Shown in pieces: positions 37,928 to 50,819 of a DNA stretch of 64,000 nt (position 1 is its first letter; each line of letters opens with the position of its first letter). Source of the DNA: Azolla caroliniana (lineage: Eukaryota; Plantae; Polypodiophyta). A program made the position numbers and the translations under genes. The stretch lies in contig JBHGNT010000012.1 of assembly GCA_043228905.1 (NCBI GenBank), forward strand, positions 8,618,001 to 8,682,000, given 5' to 3'. The notes under the pieces were generated by a model that did not search any database, was not told the origin of the DNA, and worked only from the letters and a program-made list of their open reading frames with translations.

Positions 37928-38909
37928 CAAGGTTGTTGTATGATTTTGTTCTTGTAGTAACTTCAAAATTTGATGGTCAAACAATGCAATACCAACCGTA
38001 ACCAAACACATGCAAAGAAGTTTTAAATATACCATAATTCCTTGGTAATCCTTCTAACCAAATTATTATGTAGTTATCATCACTAATGACGTGAACCACC
38101 ACTTTCAATTCATCCACAATATTTCTGATTTTTATGATATAATGTAAGAGTCAAGACACTCATACATTGCTTCATTTTTATATGTTATAATTGTTTTTTA
38201 CGCTACATCAATAAGCATCTATGCAAGCATATCCCGTACATATGTTGTTAAGGTACCCTTTTTAATTTGTGCAATGATAGATGTGGTTAATGTATTATAA
38301 ATGATTACCTTACCATCATAAATTTTCTTCACTCATACCTTTGGCTCAAGCAACTAGGTTATAATTCAATCCTTGCATTAAGACCTAATGTTGCCTTGCA
38401 TCGTCACCTTTCTCAATGACATCCCAAACATAAACATTATTTATCGAGTCATGTACTTTGTAGATCTCCGCTCTTGCCTAGTCTTGTTACTTGTAGCAAT
38501 GAATTTCTAATCCGCAATTTATATCACAATCGCTGTTAATATTCACATTTTGACCTTTCAATATCATTTAAAAAAAAATTAAGATTTCAAATCAACATCG
38601 AGAATGATTTTGGTCACTATGAAATATCGAAGCATCAACAAAAAATTAAAACAATATTAATATTATTAAATTGATTTACTATACTTGAGTGGTATGGTCA
38701 TTGATCTTTTTTTTTTCCAAAAAAAAAAAAACACTACTTCGCATTAGTTAGCAAAAAAATTACATCATAGATCACCAAAAATTCCTCTCATCAACCCTCA
38801 CTCTAGCCTTCCCACCAAAGTGGACATAGTCCCCACCTCATTTTCAACAAAAGTATCCAAATAACTCCAACCTAGTAATTTGTACCATATCTATACATAT
38901 TTACAACAC

Positions 38910-41900
38910 CTAGTCACTGATGGAAACCATTGGGGGAAACAACCGTTGGGTTGCTTGGTAGTTCCATTGAGGCCCTGATGATGATCTGCCCACCATAGGA
39001 GAACTACCCCATTTCAATAAGAACTTTGATTGAGTTCTTTCAGCTGCATTAGATTCCCCCTTAATCGAGTCATATCGTCCCCGCAGCCAAGATACCAACT
39101 CAAACCAGATATTTAATAACACCTCACCGTTAGGGATATTTTGTTGTTGAAAAACAAACTTACAACGCCTGGTCCAAATGTGCCAGACCGATAAACAAGC
39201 CACCATCATCCATATCTCTTCAAAAAATTCTAAGTTAGTGCCAGGTCGAACTCTAGCCCGTTGAAACACCTTGCCGCCTTGCACTATAAATCCATGACCG
39301 TGGGGGTTTAACTGTTCAGCCTAGCCTTCCCTTGTTAACTTCAGCCCCTGTACGGATCCCCATACAACTCTCCCATTCACGCCACATGCTGCCACTATCC
39401 TGAGAGTTCTACCCCAAATGTTAATAGCCTCTCTGCAATTCCAAAAACAATGAGGAATTGATTCCAAAGGGTGTCCTCAAATCTTGCAACCAGCCTCACC
39501 ACCACGACACCTAAGCCACTCCCCCACCGGTACCGCTTTGTGACTAAGAAGCCACAACCAAAGCTGTATTTTTTTCTGGTATATCGAACGCCCATAGCCT
39601 CCTCCAAAATGACTTCAACAAGTCATCAGAAATGCCTTTATCCTTCCAACTATTGTGAGTTAGAGTAGCACCCATCGATTTGGAGCCAATGATTTGCCTT
39701 CCTAGCTTAGTAGTATACTCGAAAAACCGTTCTGGTTTGTTTGTTCCCGGTTTCTGCCACCACACCTCTAGTGGATCCCAATCCAAATCACATAAGGGCT
39801 TGTTGTCAACTATTCAAAGCTTACAATCAGATTCCAACTTCCTTGGGTCCGGGTTTACTTGCCACTTCTTACCTTCCAACACTGCCACTCGCATTGCCAA
39901 CCACTGGCCATTGTCTGCCATAGCACTTAGGTTGCCCCACAAATGATACTCATTAGATGGGCACCTACCTTGGATAATTTGTGCATCGCCCTCACCTACA
40001 AACCACCCAAACCACCCAAACCAGACCCCCTCTTCTTCATTCAACCTAGCTAGACCATCAACACCCTTATCTATCAAACGAGTCACCTTTTCCAGCCTGC
40101 CAGTAAACCTAGGACCACCAACCAGACCCTCCCTTCTTTTCCTTTTGAATTCCTCCCAGTCTCTTACTGAACTAACATTGTACCCTACCATTTGCCCCCA
40201 TGGAAAGTATTTTTTCTGGCCAAGCATCATACCGTCATCATTTCTAATCTCGGGGTTCCAAAACAATGGTTGACAGAGTTGTTCCTCCATTGTTTTTGGC
40301 TGCATTAAGACCAACCCCTCTCTTAAACTTGACCAGGCCCTCATTATGGTGCGGGCCACCCTATCCTCCATGCTAGTAGGTTCTTTTAACTTTAGGCCTG
40401 GACTGAACAACCACCACTTCTTTGCCTTCCAAGGGCCGCCATTCCTCGGACACCAGAGTTCAGTTCTGTCTCTAAGAAGCAATTTCCACAATTCTGGTCC
40501 AAGTTGGAGACTTCGCACCAGGAGCTTACCGAGTAAAGCCTTACTTTGGTGAACCGGATCCAAATCCTGGAGTTGTTTGATTTTTTGCCTTGATCAAACA
40601 ACTCCAGGCCACTTTAGCTGATGCCGTCTCATGGTCTCTACCTGACCAAAGGAACCCTCTCACCATTACCTTAATATTTTTGATGCAATCTTTATCTAAC
40701 ATCCAACATGCCAACGGGTGCCACATGGTGGCCAACAAAATGTGGTTTACCACAACCACTCTACCTGCAAGGGAAAGCTTTATTGATCCCCATAACCGAA
40801 GATTTTTTCTGATTTTGTCTTTCACTTGCTCAAGCTGCTGATTTTTCTGAATCTCTACTCCCACCCAAAAACCCAAATATTTAACAACCCTTCCATTAGG
40901 AACCCATTGAAAATCAGCATTAGGTTGCCAAAGTGGCCATGAGTTTGGACTTACCCAAAACCCTCTACTTTTGTTCCAATTAATTTTCCCACCTGATGCT
41001 TTACAAAACAACTCAATTTGTTTTTCAGCCTGCTGTAAATTAGCATCATTACCTTGTAGATAAAGCATAGTGTCCTTTGCATGCATGGAGTCCAACAAGT
41101 CCTTGCAAGCATGTGGGACAACCAATCCCCGAATTCCTACATCCGGTCTATTTAAAAAGAAAGAGAATGCCTCTGAAATAAATAAATAAAGATAGGGGCC
41201 CAACGGGCACCCCTGCTTGAGAGACTTGCATAATGGAATTGATGGGCCCTGTTGCTCTAATACCAACACCCTACTCAAGCTTCCTTTGTAAAGGGCCAAC
41301 ACAGTTGATATCCATTTTGAGGGTAGTCCCAACCGCTCCATGACTTTGTCTAAAAAAGGCCACTGTACTCTGTCATATGCCTTCTCGAAGTCAAGCATGA
41401 GACATGCAATATGTTGATTGGTTTTCTTTGTCAGGGCAATCGCCTCCCAAAAGGTCAACACATTATCAATTATACATCTATTTTCCATGAATCCTATTTG
41501 TCCAACATTAATTAGCGCATGCAAATGGGGTTTGACCCTCTTCGCCAGAATATTAGCAAAAATCTTATAGATTGTGTTGAGCAATGTAATCGGCCTCCAT
41601 TGCCTCACATCCGTTACTATACCCTTTACCTTAGGAATTAGAAATATTAATCCCTCTTTAAAATGCTCAGGATGGTACCCATCATCCCATGCCTCATTTA
41701 GTCTAGCAACCAAGTCAACTTTAATTACTTCCCAAAATTTTTCAAAAAAATCTTTTGATAATCCATCGACACTTGGACAAGACGTACGACATATACTTGC
41801 CAAAGCGTCTGACATCTCCTCTTCCAAGAGTGGCCCTGACAACTTAACTTGTGCAACCTCTGAAATTCTTGGTTGCATTCCCTCTAGTACAAATTTTGCC

Positions 41901-43184
41901 AGTGAAGGCTGGTCTGGGAGACTATAACTATTTGAGAGTAGCCCATTATAGTGAGATGTGACTACCTCCATGATCTTCGATACATCTTCTGACAGTGAAC
42001 CATCCTCCTCAATCAATTTAGGATTGAGGTTACCGTCTTAAATTTTTTTTGGTTCACCGTGTCCCCATTCCTACTCCACCAAGCTGCTGAACTCATGAAT
42101 ACCCTCTTATTTCTTGACACAGTCAACCGCTGTAGTGTTTCTTTAGCAACCTCCAGACCTGATCTCGACCATTGGCACTTGGGATTTTTTGAAGCATTCT
42201 TTGGGCAGCCGCCATCGATCTTCTTAATCTCACCTTTCTTTCCTTAGACCTCACAATTCTGTTTTTAGTCTCTTCATGCAAATAATTTGAAGTTTCAATA
42301 ATCTTTCCTCGAAGATTATCCAATGCACCACAACTAGCTAGATTATTTTCCCATATACTCCTTATCTTACTTCCCACTTCCACATCCTCAAAAAGTTTAC
42401 TACTAATCCTCAAATTGCAATCCCTTTTTTTCCGCCTCTGATTGACCAGTGTAATCGTAACCGGCATGTGATCAGAGTAAGCTGAGCTTGCGATGATTTC
42501 AACATTGCTGCCATATTTTTCTAGTTCCGATCTTATGTATATTTTGTCTATGCGAGACATACAATAGCCATTTACATTGCAGCCTGCTCTTGAGAAGCAT
42601 AGCGAGCTCTGAGGCTTTTTAGTACATACCAAGCATCTTTCACTCCCATTTTGCCCATCAACAAATCCCATGCAACTAACTCTGACCTTTGCAGCACCGT
42701 ATGCATGCCCCCCACCTTGTCCTTTGTGTGCACAATCATGTTAAAATCCCCTGCGAGGATCCATGCATCTGCCATCGGCCAATTGCTTCCAAAAAAGGGC
42801 CCGCATCGCTGTCGAATTGGGCGTGTACACATTTATTATTCCAATGATGCGTTGTTGCCATCTAACAGTCACATAGATGACACGTCCCTCCACGATGGTG
42901 CCTTGGCCCACAACAATAATATCTGGATTATTCTTGATAGATGTACAAACACCCCCTTTTCTACCATGCTCACCTTGCGATGGGGACCAAAACGTATGCC
43001 AATCTCCCGCAAGAGGATTGCCAATACTCAAGATTCTGTTCGCACTCAAATGGTGCTCTTGCAAGATCAAAATGTCTAGGATCCCCCTAAAGCTAGGGGA
43101 TTTGAACTCTTGGTGGAGGTTCTTCCTCTCCAACATACATTTGCTACCGCCTAGACCTTGTATGTTCCACGTGATTAATTTCAT
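38910..43184 (-). pseudogene. LINE 2 ORF2 (APE endonuclease, RT, zf-RVT), frameshifted
   Basis: MKLITWNIQGL, ILQEHH, INVYTP, WILAGDFN, SRIDKIY, SDHMPV, WRPITLLNTIYKI, LDFEKAYDRV, QGCPLGP, KYLG. Confidence 0.92.
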
Positions 43185-43828
43185 GAGATCAATTGTGAAG
43201 TCTCCCAAGCCGGACATAGTCCCTCCCTACGAGCCCATGCCCAACCTCCCGCCTTGATTCTCTCCCATCCTAAAACAACATCTTGCCTTGTAGCTTCTGC
43301 CATTTCCTCCTCATGGAAGTGCAACACCTCATCGAGGGAGTCTACCGTCTCCTCTAGGCATAGTAAAATCTGTTTTTTAATGCAAGAATTATCAAAACTC
43401 CCACATATCATTCCAGCATTCAGTCACATCAACATCCAATTATCTCCATTCCAGGTGATAGGCATGCTGTGAAAATATTTGTGCACCTTGACTTCTATAA
43501 AGTTGGAGATCTGTGGCATGTTACTGGTTGTAACCTCTAGGTCTGTTAGATCAAAAGAGAAGCCTATAGCCGACAACTTGTTTCGTTTAGCAACAACTAT
43601 ATAAACCCTTAGCCCTAGAGCTTCCCCATGTGACAAATCAGTCAGTCTTGTGAGAGCTCGCTGACTAAACCTATATCCCTCGTCCAACATTTCCCCTTCC
43701 AATATTTTTGACCTAACAAATTTGATTGGAACTCTAACATTTGCCTCCTTACTTCCTGGTCCCAACACTTGCAACTTCTGAATTTCGGGAGTGATGGATG
43801 AGCTTTCTTGACACCTCCCATTACGTAA

Positions 43829-45300
43829 CTAGTCTTTCATTGCTCTCAATCCCATACTTCCACTTTTGCCAATGGAGGAAGGGGAGCTCATGGTAGATTC
43901 TTGTCTAAGCGTTGCACTTTTTAACATGACCTCGGGTGTACATGCTACCATCTCTTCAACAATAGTTTTCCTTGAATCCTGTGCTAGGTCCTCCTCTTCT
44001 TGCAACACTTCAAAATGATTTCTCAAAACTACATGAGGTGTATCTGTGTTTACTTCTCGTTGCAAGCCATTTTTGCATCCCAAAACACGAGTCCAGCCAT
44101 TTGCACTAGTGTTCGCCTTCTCAGCCCTATTGAGGGTACTCAATCTTGTCACCCTTATCGTCTCTTGCTTATCTAATAGCCTCGTAACCTTCTTCCCCCT
44201 TACATTTCTATTAATCTTCTTTGGACATTCCTTGGCAATGTGGCCCTTTCTTTTACAATAGAAACATTGGCCAGGTAAACCCTCATATTCCACTTCCACA
44301 TCTATCAATCTTGCCTCCACATCATGCACCCTAATCTTAGTTAGGGGAGTCTCGGATTTTGTCTACCATGGTTGCCTTTGAAGGAAAAATTGTGCCAATC
44401 TTCTCCCCAATATTTTGCATCAAAGGATAGTGTCGAGGCATATTAGGGAATACCATAGATATCACCATGGTATTACCAATTTTCTTAGCCTCATCCATAA
44501 CATTGAAATTAGCATGCCACTCCAACAATAGAGCTCTTCCATATTTGAGTTCTACACATTTCATATTGATAATTTGCGATACATCACTCCCTTCAATCAC
44601 TTCAATATGAAAGAAATTTCATCCCATATTATCCACATTCTTTATATGTGGGACCTTATCCATTAAAGCTACATGTAGCATATCACGGACCATACCTCTA
44701 TTGGGCCTACCACCAAGTAGCTTACAAATGAACGAACATTTCTTTAATCTTTTGATCTCCACCATTTAGGATTGTACTTTCCTCTCATGCATGCATTATG
44801 TGCTTGACCACATTCTTGCAAAAGATTTTCCACTTGTAACGTGTACTCCGTGGCCTAACTCTCCACCATAGGCAACCCTTGAGGCGATCATCCTTGCGGT
44901 CCCCATTGCCCCTCTTCTACTCCCTCTTCATCCTTTTCCCATAATGCAAGGTTGGAATGATCTCCCCCAGCTTCTTGCTTCCGGGCATCTACTTTCCAAA
45001 CATCTGATTCTCTCCACACTCGCGAATCTTCATTGCCATCAACTGTGAAGAGGGCTGCAACCATACTGCTGGAAGGTGCCCTAATCATCTCTTCCATCCA
45101 TCCTCTCTTATCTGTCCGATTCACCAATTCCTTACATATCCTACCAGTTCCTCCATTAATATGTTTCCATACGTCTTTCCATGCGTCATTTGCTTCCTTG
45201 TGTTCCAAATTCCCAATCTATTGCTTCTCCCGACCATTAACCATCCTTTGTAATGCATACCTCGACTCCACCCACCGGACGAGCGGCACCCTTGCCGTTG
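43829..45300 (-). pseudogene. LINE 2 ORF1 (DUF4283-like region plus zinc knuckle), broken
   Basis: VEYEGLPGQCFYCKRKGHIAKECP; LLLEWHANF. Confidence 0.8.
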
Positions 45301-47451
45301 GTACTTTAATCGATGACATTGAATCTGCTTTACTACCCTCAGATGGCTCCCTTGCCACCATGTTCTTTTGTAGCCCGCTGCCCTTTGGCTCCCTTGCCCT
45401 CTAATGCTCTACTCTTATCCTTACACCCTAATAAAAAAACGTACCTGACACTATAGGGGTAGGGAAACTCAACATCGATTTGGTTCATTCGCGACGCTCT
45501 GTGCAGCCGACAAACACTCCAATGCTTCTTGTGACGTTGACTCGCTTTAGGAGAAAGGAATCGGTTGCGTTCGACGCCCTCCCTGCAACCCTTACAGCAC
45601 CACAGAGCAGAACAACCACTAACGAGCGGCCGAAACTCCCTCCTACGATAGCCGCTACTCGAGATCTTGGACAACGACACACAGTTAGCCAAAGCGCGCG
45701 CTCCTCACCGTGCTCATGCTCTTGATCGCCATTTCCCTTGATCTTGGTAGGATAGTTGCACTTAACAGATGAAAGTTTTCTATTGTTGTTTCATCCCCTT
45801 GCAAATTCATCTGAATGTAAGTGACCCATAAGAAAATACTTTCCCTTGGCATATTTTATTTTTATTCATCAAAGATATGCTTGTGTGTTTAATTTAACAC
45901 TTAGGCACACAAATCTACTAGATGAACGCAATAAAAAAAGACATGTGGGATAAAGGCCATTGGATTCACTTCAAGGATGTCTTATTGAGACAAAAGACAC
46001 ACAAAAGTTGAATTGAGAAAAGTGTACATTCCATAACATGTGGTGGGTAATAATGAAACAAAGAAATGCACAAAAGAAAAGAATCAACATGATGAAGAAT
46101 TGTGGTGTATTAAGGAAGCCATCATATTGTAATAATAATGTATACAAGTTATTAATGGAAAATGTGACTAACAAAAGTTGCTATGAGGAAGGTGAAAACG
46201 ATCCACATAGCATCGTGACGATTCATTATGGAATGAACAAAAGAAATAAGAACGACAAAGAGGAGAAATGTCGCAAGTTGAAGAAGTCAAATTAGTGAGA
46301 AAGGAGAAAGAAGAAGAGCAGTTGGCTTATACCAAGACTAGTATTATGAAGGTTGTTGATAGAACAAAATGTAAGTCAGAAGTGTTAGGAATATGGGACT
46401 GAATCGGGATGATTTGGACTACCAGTACAACTAACAATAGATGAAACCACAAGACAAAAATGAGAGTACACCGAAATTGAACGTGGAAAACCCAAAATAG
46501 GGAAAAACCACGGAACCCCTTAGGGTTCAAAACAAATTCACTATTTTTCTTAGTACAACCGAATACAACATCTCTAGTTTTTGACTAGAGGGATGTATAT
46601 GCTAAGGCAATCTTGATTACAATTCCTCACCCAACTAGGTGAATAGAAAAACTAACAAAAAATGGAAACAAGAGAAACACGAAACGAAGAAGCCTGATGC
46701 AAGTAGATAGGATAAGTGTTGTTCAATCGTGGTTCTCTGATAGCACGAACAACCCCTCACAGGTCTCTGTCTCCACTTTGGTAGAACACTCTTCCTCTTG
46801 CTCTCACTCTTTCATTTTTTGTTTTTCTTTCTCAAATTTATGTTTTTCTCTCTGTGTTCTCAAAAAATAGATCACGCTGTCGTGCCTTTCGGCTTCAGAT
46901 CATTGCGTGAGTCGGGTGGGAACCACTGAGGTTTTGGACTAGGAGAAAGAAGAATTTGAGATGAGTCTAATTATGAATAGATAGGTTGTAGGAAAGAGAT
47001 ATAGAAACCTCGTGAATCCCACGAGTGTATTGTATTAGATTAATCAATATCAAGATAATAATATGAATTTAGATAGAAAGAGAAGGATATAGAAATCTCG
47101 TGAATCCCACTAATATATTTTATTAATTGGTGTCTTTTAGAAATATATCCAATTTCCAAGTATTTCACACACCTATTACATTGTGCTCCCCATCCTTATA
47201 TAGTGATGAGAGAGTCTTAATAATCCATGCTTTTCTCTAACAATAGACTATATGCTTTATTTAACATGCTTTTTCTAAAGTGATCGTGCTTTTTCTAACT
47301 TGATGCGTTTTTATCGACTATAGTGTTCATGCACGCTAGATGTGCATGTGTAGCTTTTTCTTTTATCATGTGTTTTCTTTTAACTAAAGTTTATCCTAGT
47401 GTGCACTTACCTTTCTATGTGGAATGTCTACTTTTTTAACACTAATGATAT

Positions 47452-47517
47452 GTTAGTGTAATGGTAAGGCTTTACATTATTTACATAGAGGTATAGGGTT
47501 TGAATCTTGCCCTATGC
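47452..47517 (+). promoter_or_regulatory. tRNA-like A/B-box cassette in F1
   Basis: TAGTGTAATGGTAAG (47454) ... GGTTTGAATCT (47497). Confidence 0.7.
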
Positions 47518-47669
47518 ATGTAACAATCTTTTCTTTTATTTACAAATTTGTCTCTTCATCCGGTGAGAGACTCTCACCGACCTTCTTTATCCGGCTCTTC
47601 CCGGTTCTGCTTGATCCGGTTCTTACCGGGTCCTCCTTGCCGGTTCCTCCTTCATCTGGTTCTCACCGG

Positions 47670-48398
47670 TGTCGTAGTGTATTTTGTACACTACGTGAAA
47701 AACGTATATAGTATTAGATTCAATAAAAAATGAAGAAATAGAAGAAAATAGCAAAATAAATGGAACATGCATAGGGCAAGATTCGAACCTTGCACCTCCA
47801 TGTGAATAATATAATGTCTTACCATTACACTAGCATTTCATTAGTGTTAAAGTATAGATGTCCCACATAGAAAGCTAAATTCACGCTAGGATAAACATTA
47901 GAAAAACGCATAACAAAAGAAAAAGCTACACATACACATCTAGCGTGCATGATAAAAAAACGCACAAGTTAGAAAAAAGCATGATCACTTTAGATAAAGC
48001 ATATAGTCTATCTATAGGAAAAGCATGGGGTCTATAGTTAGAAAAAAAACATGGATTACTAAGACTTCCTCATCACTACATAAGGATGGGAAGCACAATG
48101 TAATTGTGTGTGAAAAATATTTGGAAACTAGATATGTTTCTAAAAAACACCAATTAATAAACTATACTCGTGGGATTCACGAGAATTCTATATCATTCTC
48201 TTTCAACCGAAGTTTATATTCTTATATTCATATTGATTAATCTAATACAATACACTCGTGGGATTCACGAGTTTGCTATAACTCTTTCTTACAACATATT
48301 TATATTCTTATTAGCCTTAAAACTCTCCTCTTCCTAGTCCAAAACCTCAGCGGTTCCCACCCGACTCACGCAACGATCCAGAGCCGAAAGGCACGACA
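47670..48398 (+). mobile_element. Solo-LTR-like element F2 (729 bp), same family, inserted inverted into F1
   Basis: TGTCGT...ACGACA with perfect TSD CCGG (47666-47669, 48399-48402); reverse complement of F1 over most of its length. Confidence 0.85.
47769..47835 (-). promoter_or_regulatory. tRNA-like A/B-box cassette in F2
   Basis: Minus strand TAGTGTAATGGTAAG ... GCAAGGTTCGAATCTTGC. Confidence 0.72.
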
Positions 48399-48545
48399 CC
48401 GGTTCTCCTTACCGGTTCCTCCTTGTCCCATCCGGAGGGACCAAAATGCAATTTTCACGTAGTGTACGAATTACACTACGACAATGCTTTGTTTCCTCCT
48501 CTTTTTCTGTTTTTCTCCTTGTAGTCCAACGTCTATATACTTGTG

Positions 48546-48581
<36 letters not shown>

Positions 48582-48641
48582 AAAGACATACCCCCCAAAA
48601 AAAAACATACGAAAGAAAAAGGGCATACATACATACATACA

Positions 48642-48676
<35 letters not shown>

Positions 48677-50819
48677 GATTATAAATAATTATAACTTTTC
48701 TCCTTTTAAGCCGATTCGGGGCTCAACCGATTCCCAACCAGATGTATAGTTAGCCGACTGTGGACACACAACCGACTCTCAATCAACCCTTCGGTTCTCA
48801 GTCGGCTCCATGTTGTGGGCTCCATTTGAGTGGACAAGTGCCAACAATTCTCCCCCTCCATCTCAAGTGGGGGGCACAACCAAGTTTGCCTTTTGTTTGC
48901 AAACTTCAAGCTTCTCCCTTGACAAACTTTTTTTCATCATGTCAGAGCCATTCTCATTGGTATGTATCTTCTCAATGTGCATTTTCTTTTCTTCAAGCAC
49001 ATCTCTAATCCAATGGTATCTAACGTCAATGTGTTTTGACTTAGAGTGAAAGGAAGAATTCTTCTTAAGTATATAACACTTTCAAGGCTATCACAATACA
49101 AAATGTACCTTTCTTGGATCAACCCTAACTCTTGTAGGAATTTCTTTAGCCATAGGAATTCCTTACTAGCTTTTGTGGCAGCAATATGCTCGGCCTCCGT
49201 TGTGGATAATGCCACACATATTTGCAGTCTCGATTGCCAAGAGACTGCTCCCCCTGCAAATTTAAGATCATTAGATACCCTGATATAGGCTTTCTGGAGT
49301 CAATATCGGCATTTGTATATCCATCTAATATAGTTTGGTTCCTACCAAATTTTAGATAGAATCTTGAGGTACCCCTTAGATATCGCATAATCCATTTCAC
49401 TGCTTCCCAATGATCTTTTCCAAGGTTCGAGAGAAAACGGCTGACGATACCAACTGCATGAACAATGTCCATCCTCGTGCATACCATAACATACATTAAA
49501 CTACCAACTATAAAGGCATATGGTATTTGTTTCATTCCTTCTTGCTCTTCCTCACTCGTAGGGCACTGAGCTGAGCTGAGTTTAAAGTGGCCCGCGAGTG
49601 GAGTGTTGATTGGCTTACTCTTAGCCATGTTGAATCTCTCAAGTACCTTCTCAATGTACTTTTCTTGAGACGACCACAATCTTTTGCTTGCCTTGTCCCT
49701 GGTTATCTTCATCCCAAGGATTTGCTTGGTTGGTCCCAAGCCTTTCATGGCAAAAGGGGGCAAAAGATTTACCGAGTTCGTTTTTCAGCTTCTCAATCTT
49801 GTTGGTGTCTTGACCAACGATCAACATATCATCAACATACAAGAGCAAAATGACAAAATCCCCATCTGAGAATTTCTTAACAAACATGCAATGGTTTGTG
49901 TTTGTTCTATTATACCCATGGTTCAACATAAAGGAGTCAAACCTTTTATACCAAAGTCTAGAAGCTTGTTTTAGGCCATACAAGCTCTTCTTTAACCTGC
50001 ATACTAGGCTTTCCTTACCTTTGACTCCAAACCCTTCGGGTTGATCCATGTAAATCTCTTCCTCCAAATCACCATGGAAGAAGGAAGTTTTGACATCGAG
50101 TTGCTCGAGTTCTAGATCAAGATTGGTTGCAATCCCAAGCACAACTCTAATCGAGGACATCTTCACCATTGGTGAGAAAATCACCTCGAAATCAATTCCC
50201 TTTGTTACTGGCTGGCAAGAAGGCTTAAGGAGGTCCAAACCAGAGTGGGAAAAGGAATAGTTTATTCGGGAACTGTTGTAATTAGTAGTCTTAAAATATA
50301 TAGTAATATATGAGTAGATGTGGACGGACGGACCGGAATCGGTATGCCAATCCGGATCCGGACCGAATCCAAAAAGGTGCCAATTGGCACCGTTTTGTAT
50401 TTTGCATCGAGGACCTATATAAAGGCCCGGTTACAATGTAATCAAGAGCGGATAATGAATAGAGCTTATTGTCTTAATCTTCCAGTTTTGATTACCGTTC
50501 TGTATTCATTGTTATATCTTACGCGTGTTAATTACGAATTGCTAAGTAACCAATTAAGGTCTAATTAAGCGTTGTGCCGTAAGTCATTCTGTCGTACCAC
50601 CCTTTGGTGAAGTGTCTTAAGTGGACACCCTGTGTTAGGCTGTTGTCTGGCCCTAGGATTAACACAGTTTTTGGCGACCATGATTCCTGCACAATCGCAA
50701 TGAACAGTGGCAGGAATGGATGACTAGGCCAACAGACGACCCGGTTACGGAGAGAGCACGAAGACTTGCTGAACGGAGAAGGTGGCGAGAGGCTTTCCAG
50801 CAAGCAGCGGAAGAAATCC

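Larger units (their letters stand above)
38709..45737 (-). mobile_element. Full-length degenerate L1-clade LINE 2
   Basis: Poly-A end at ~38709-38716; TSD TTGATCTT (38701-38708, 45738-45745); ORF1 knuckle; ORF2 EN-RT-zf. Confidence 0.9.
46878..48483 (-). mobile_element. Solo-LTR-like element F1 (873 bp without the nested copy), 4-bp TSD
   Basis: Ends TGTCGT...ACGACA; flanks ACGC/ATGC (CpG decay); inserted in the Copia-3 LTR; CTATATAAG on minus near 47200; tRNA-like cassette 47452-47517. Confidence 0.8.
46354..50202 (-). mobile_element. Ty1/Copia element 3 (Tnt1/Tork-like) 3' portion: RT-RH, PPT and 3' LTR (48846 to ~46354/46383)
   Basis: QLDVKTSFFHGDLEEEIYMDQPEGF, LLLYVDDMLI, HWEAVKWIMRYLRGT, ALSTTEAE; PPT GAGGGGGAGA 48858-48849 then TGTTGG; left LTR end uncertain. 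Confidence 0.85.

Noticed and set aside
47452-47517. Functional tRNA genes (also 200-262, 47769-47835, 59865-59922)
   Set aside because: A/B boxes and T-arm-like hairpins are present, but there is no convincing acceptor or anticodon stem; treated as tRNA-like cassettes.
46878-48398. Single foldback/MULE element with long TIRs
   Set aside because: Better explained as two nested inverted copies, each with its own termini and 4-bp TSD.
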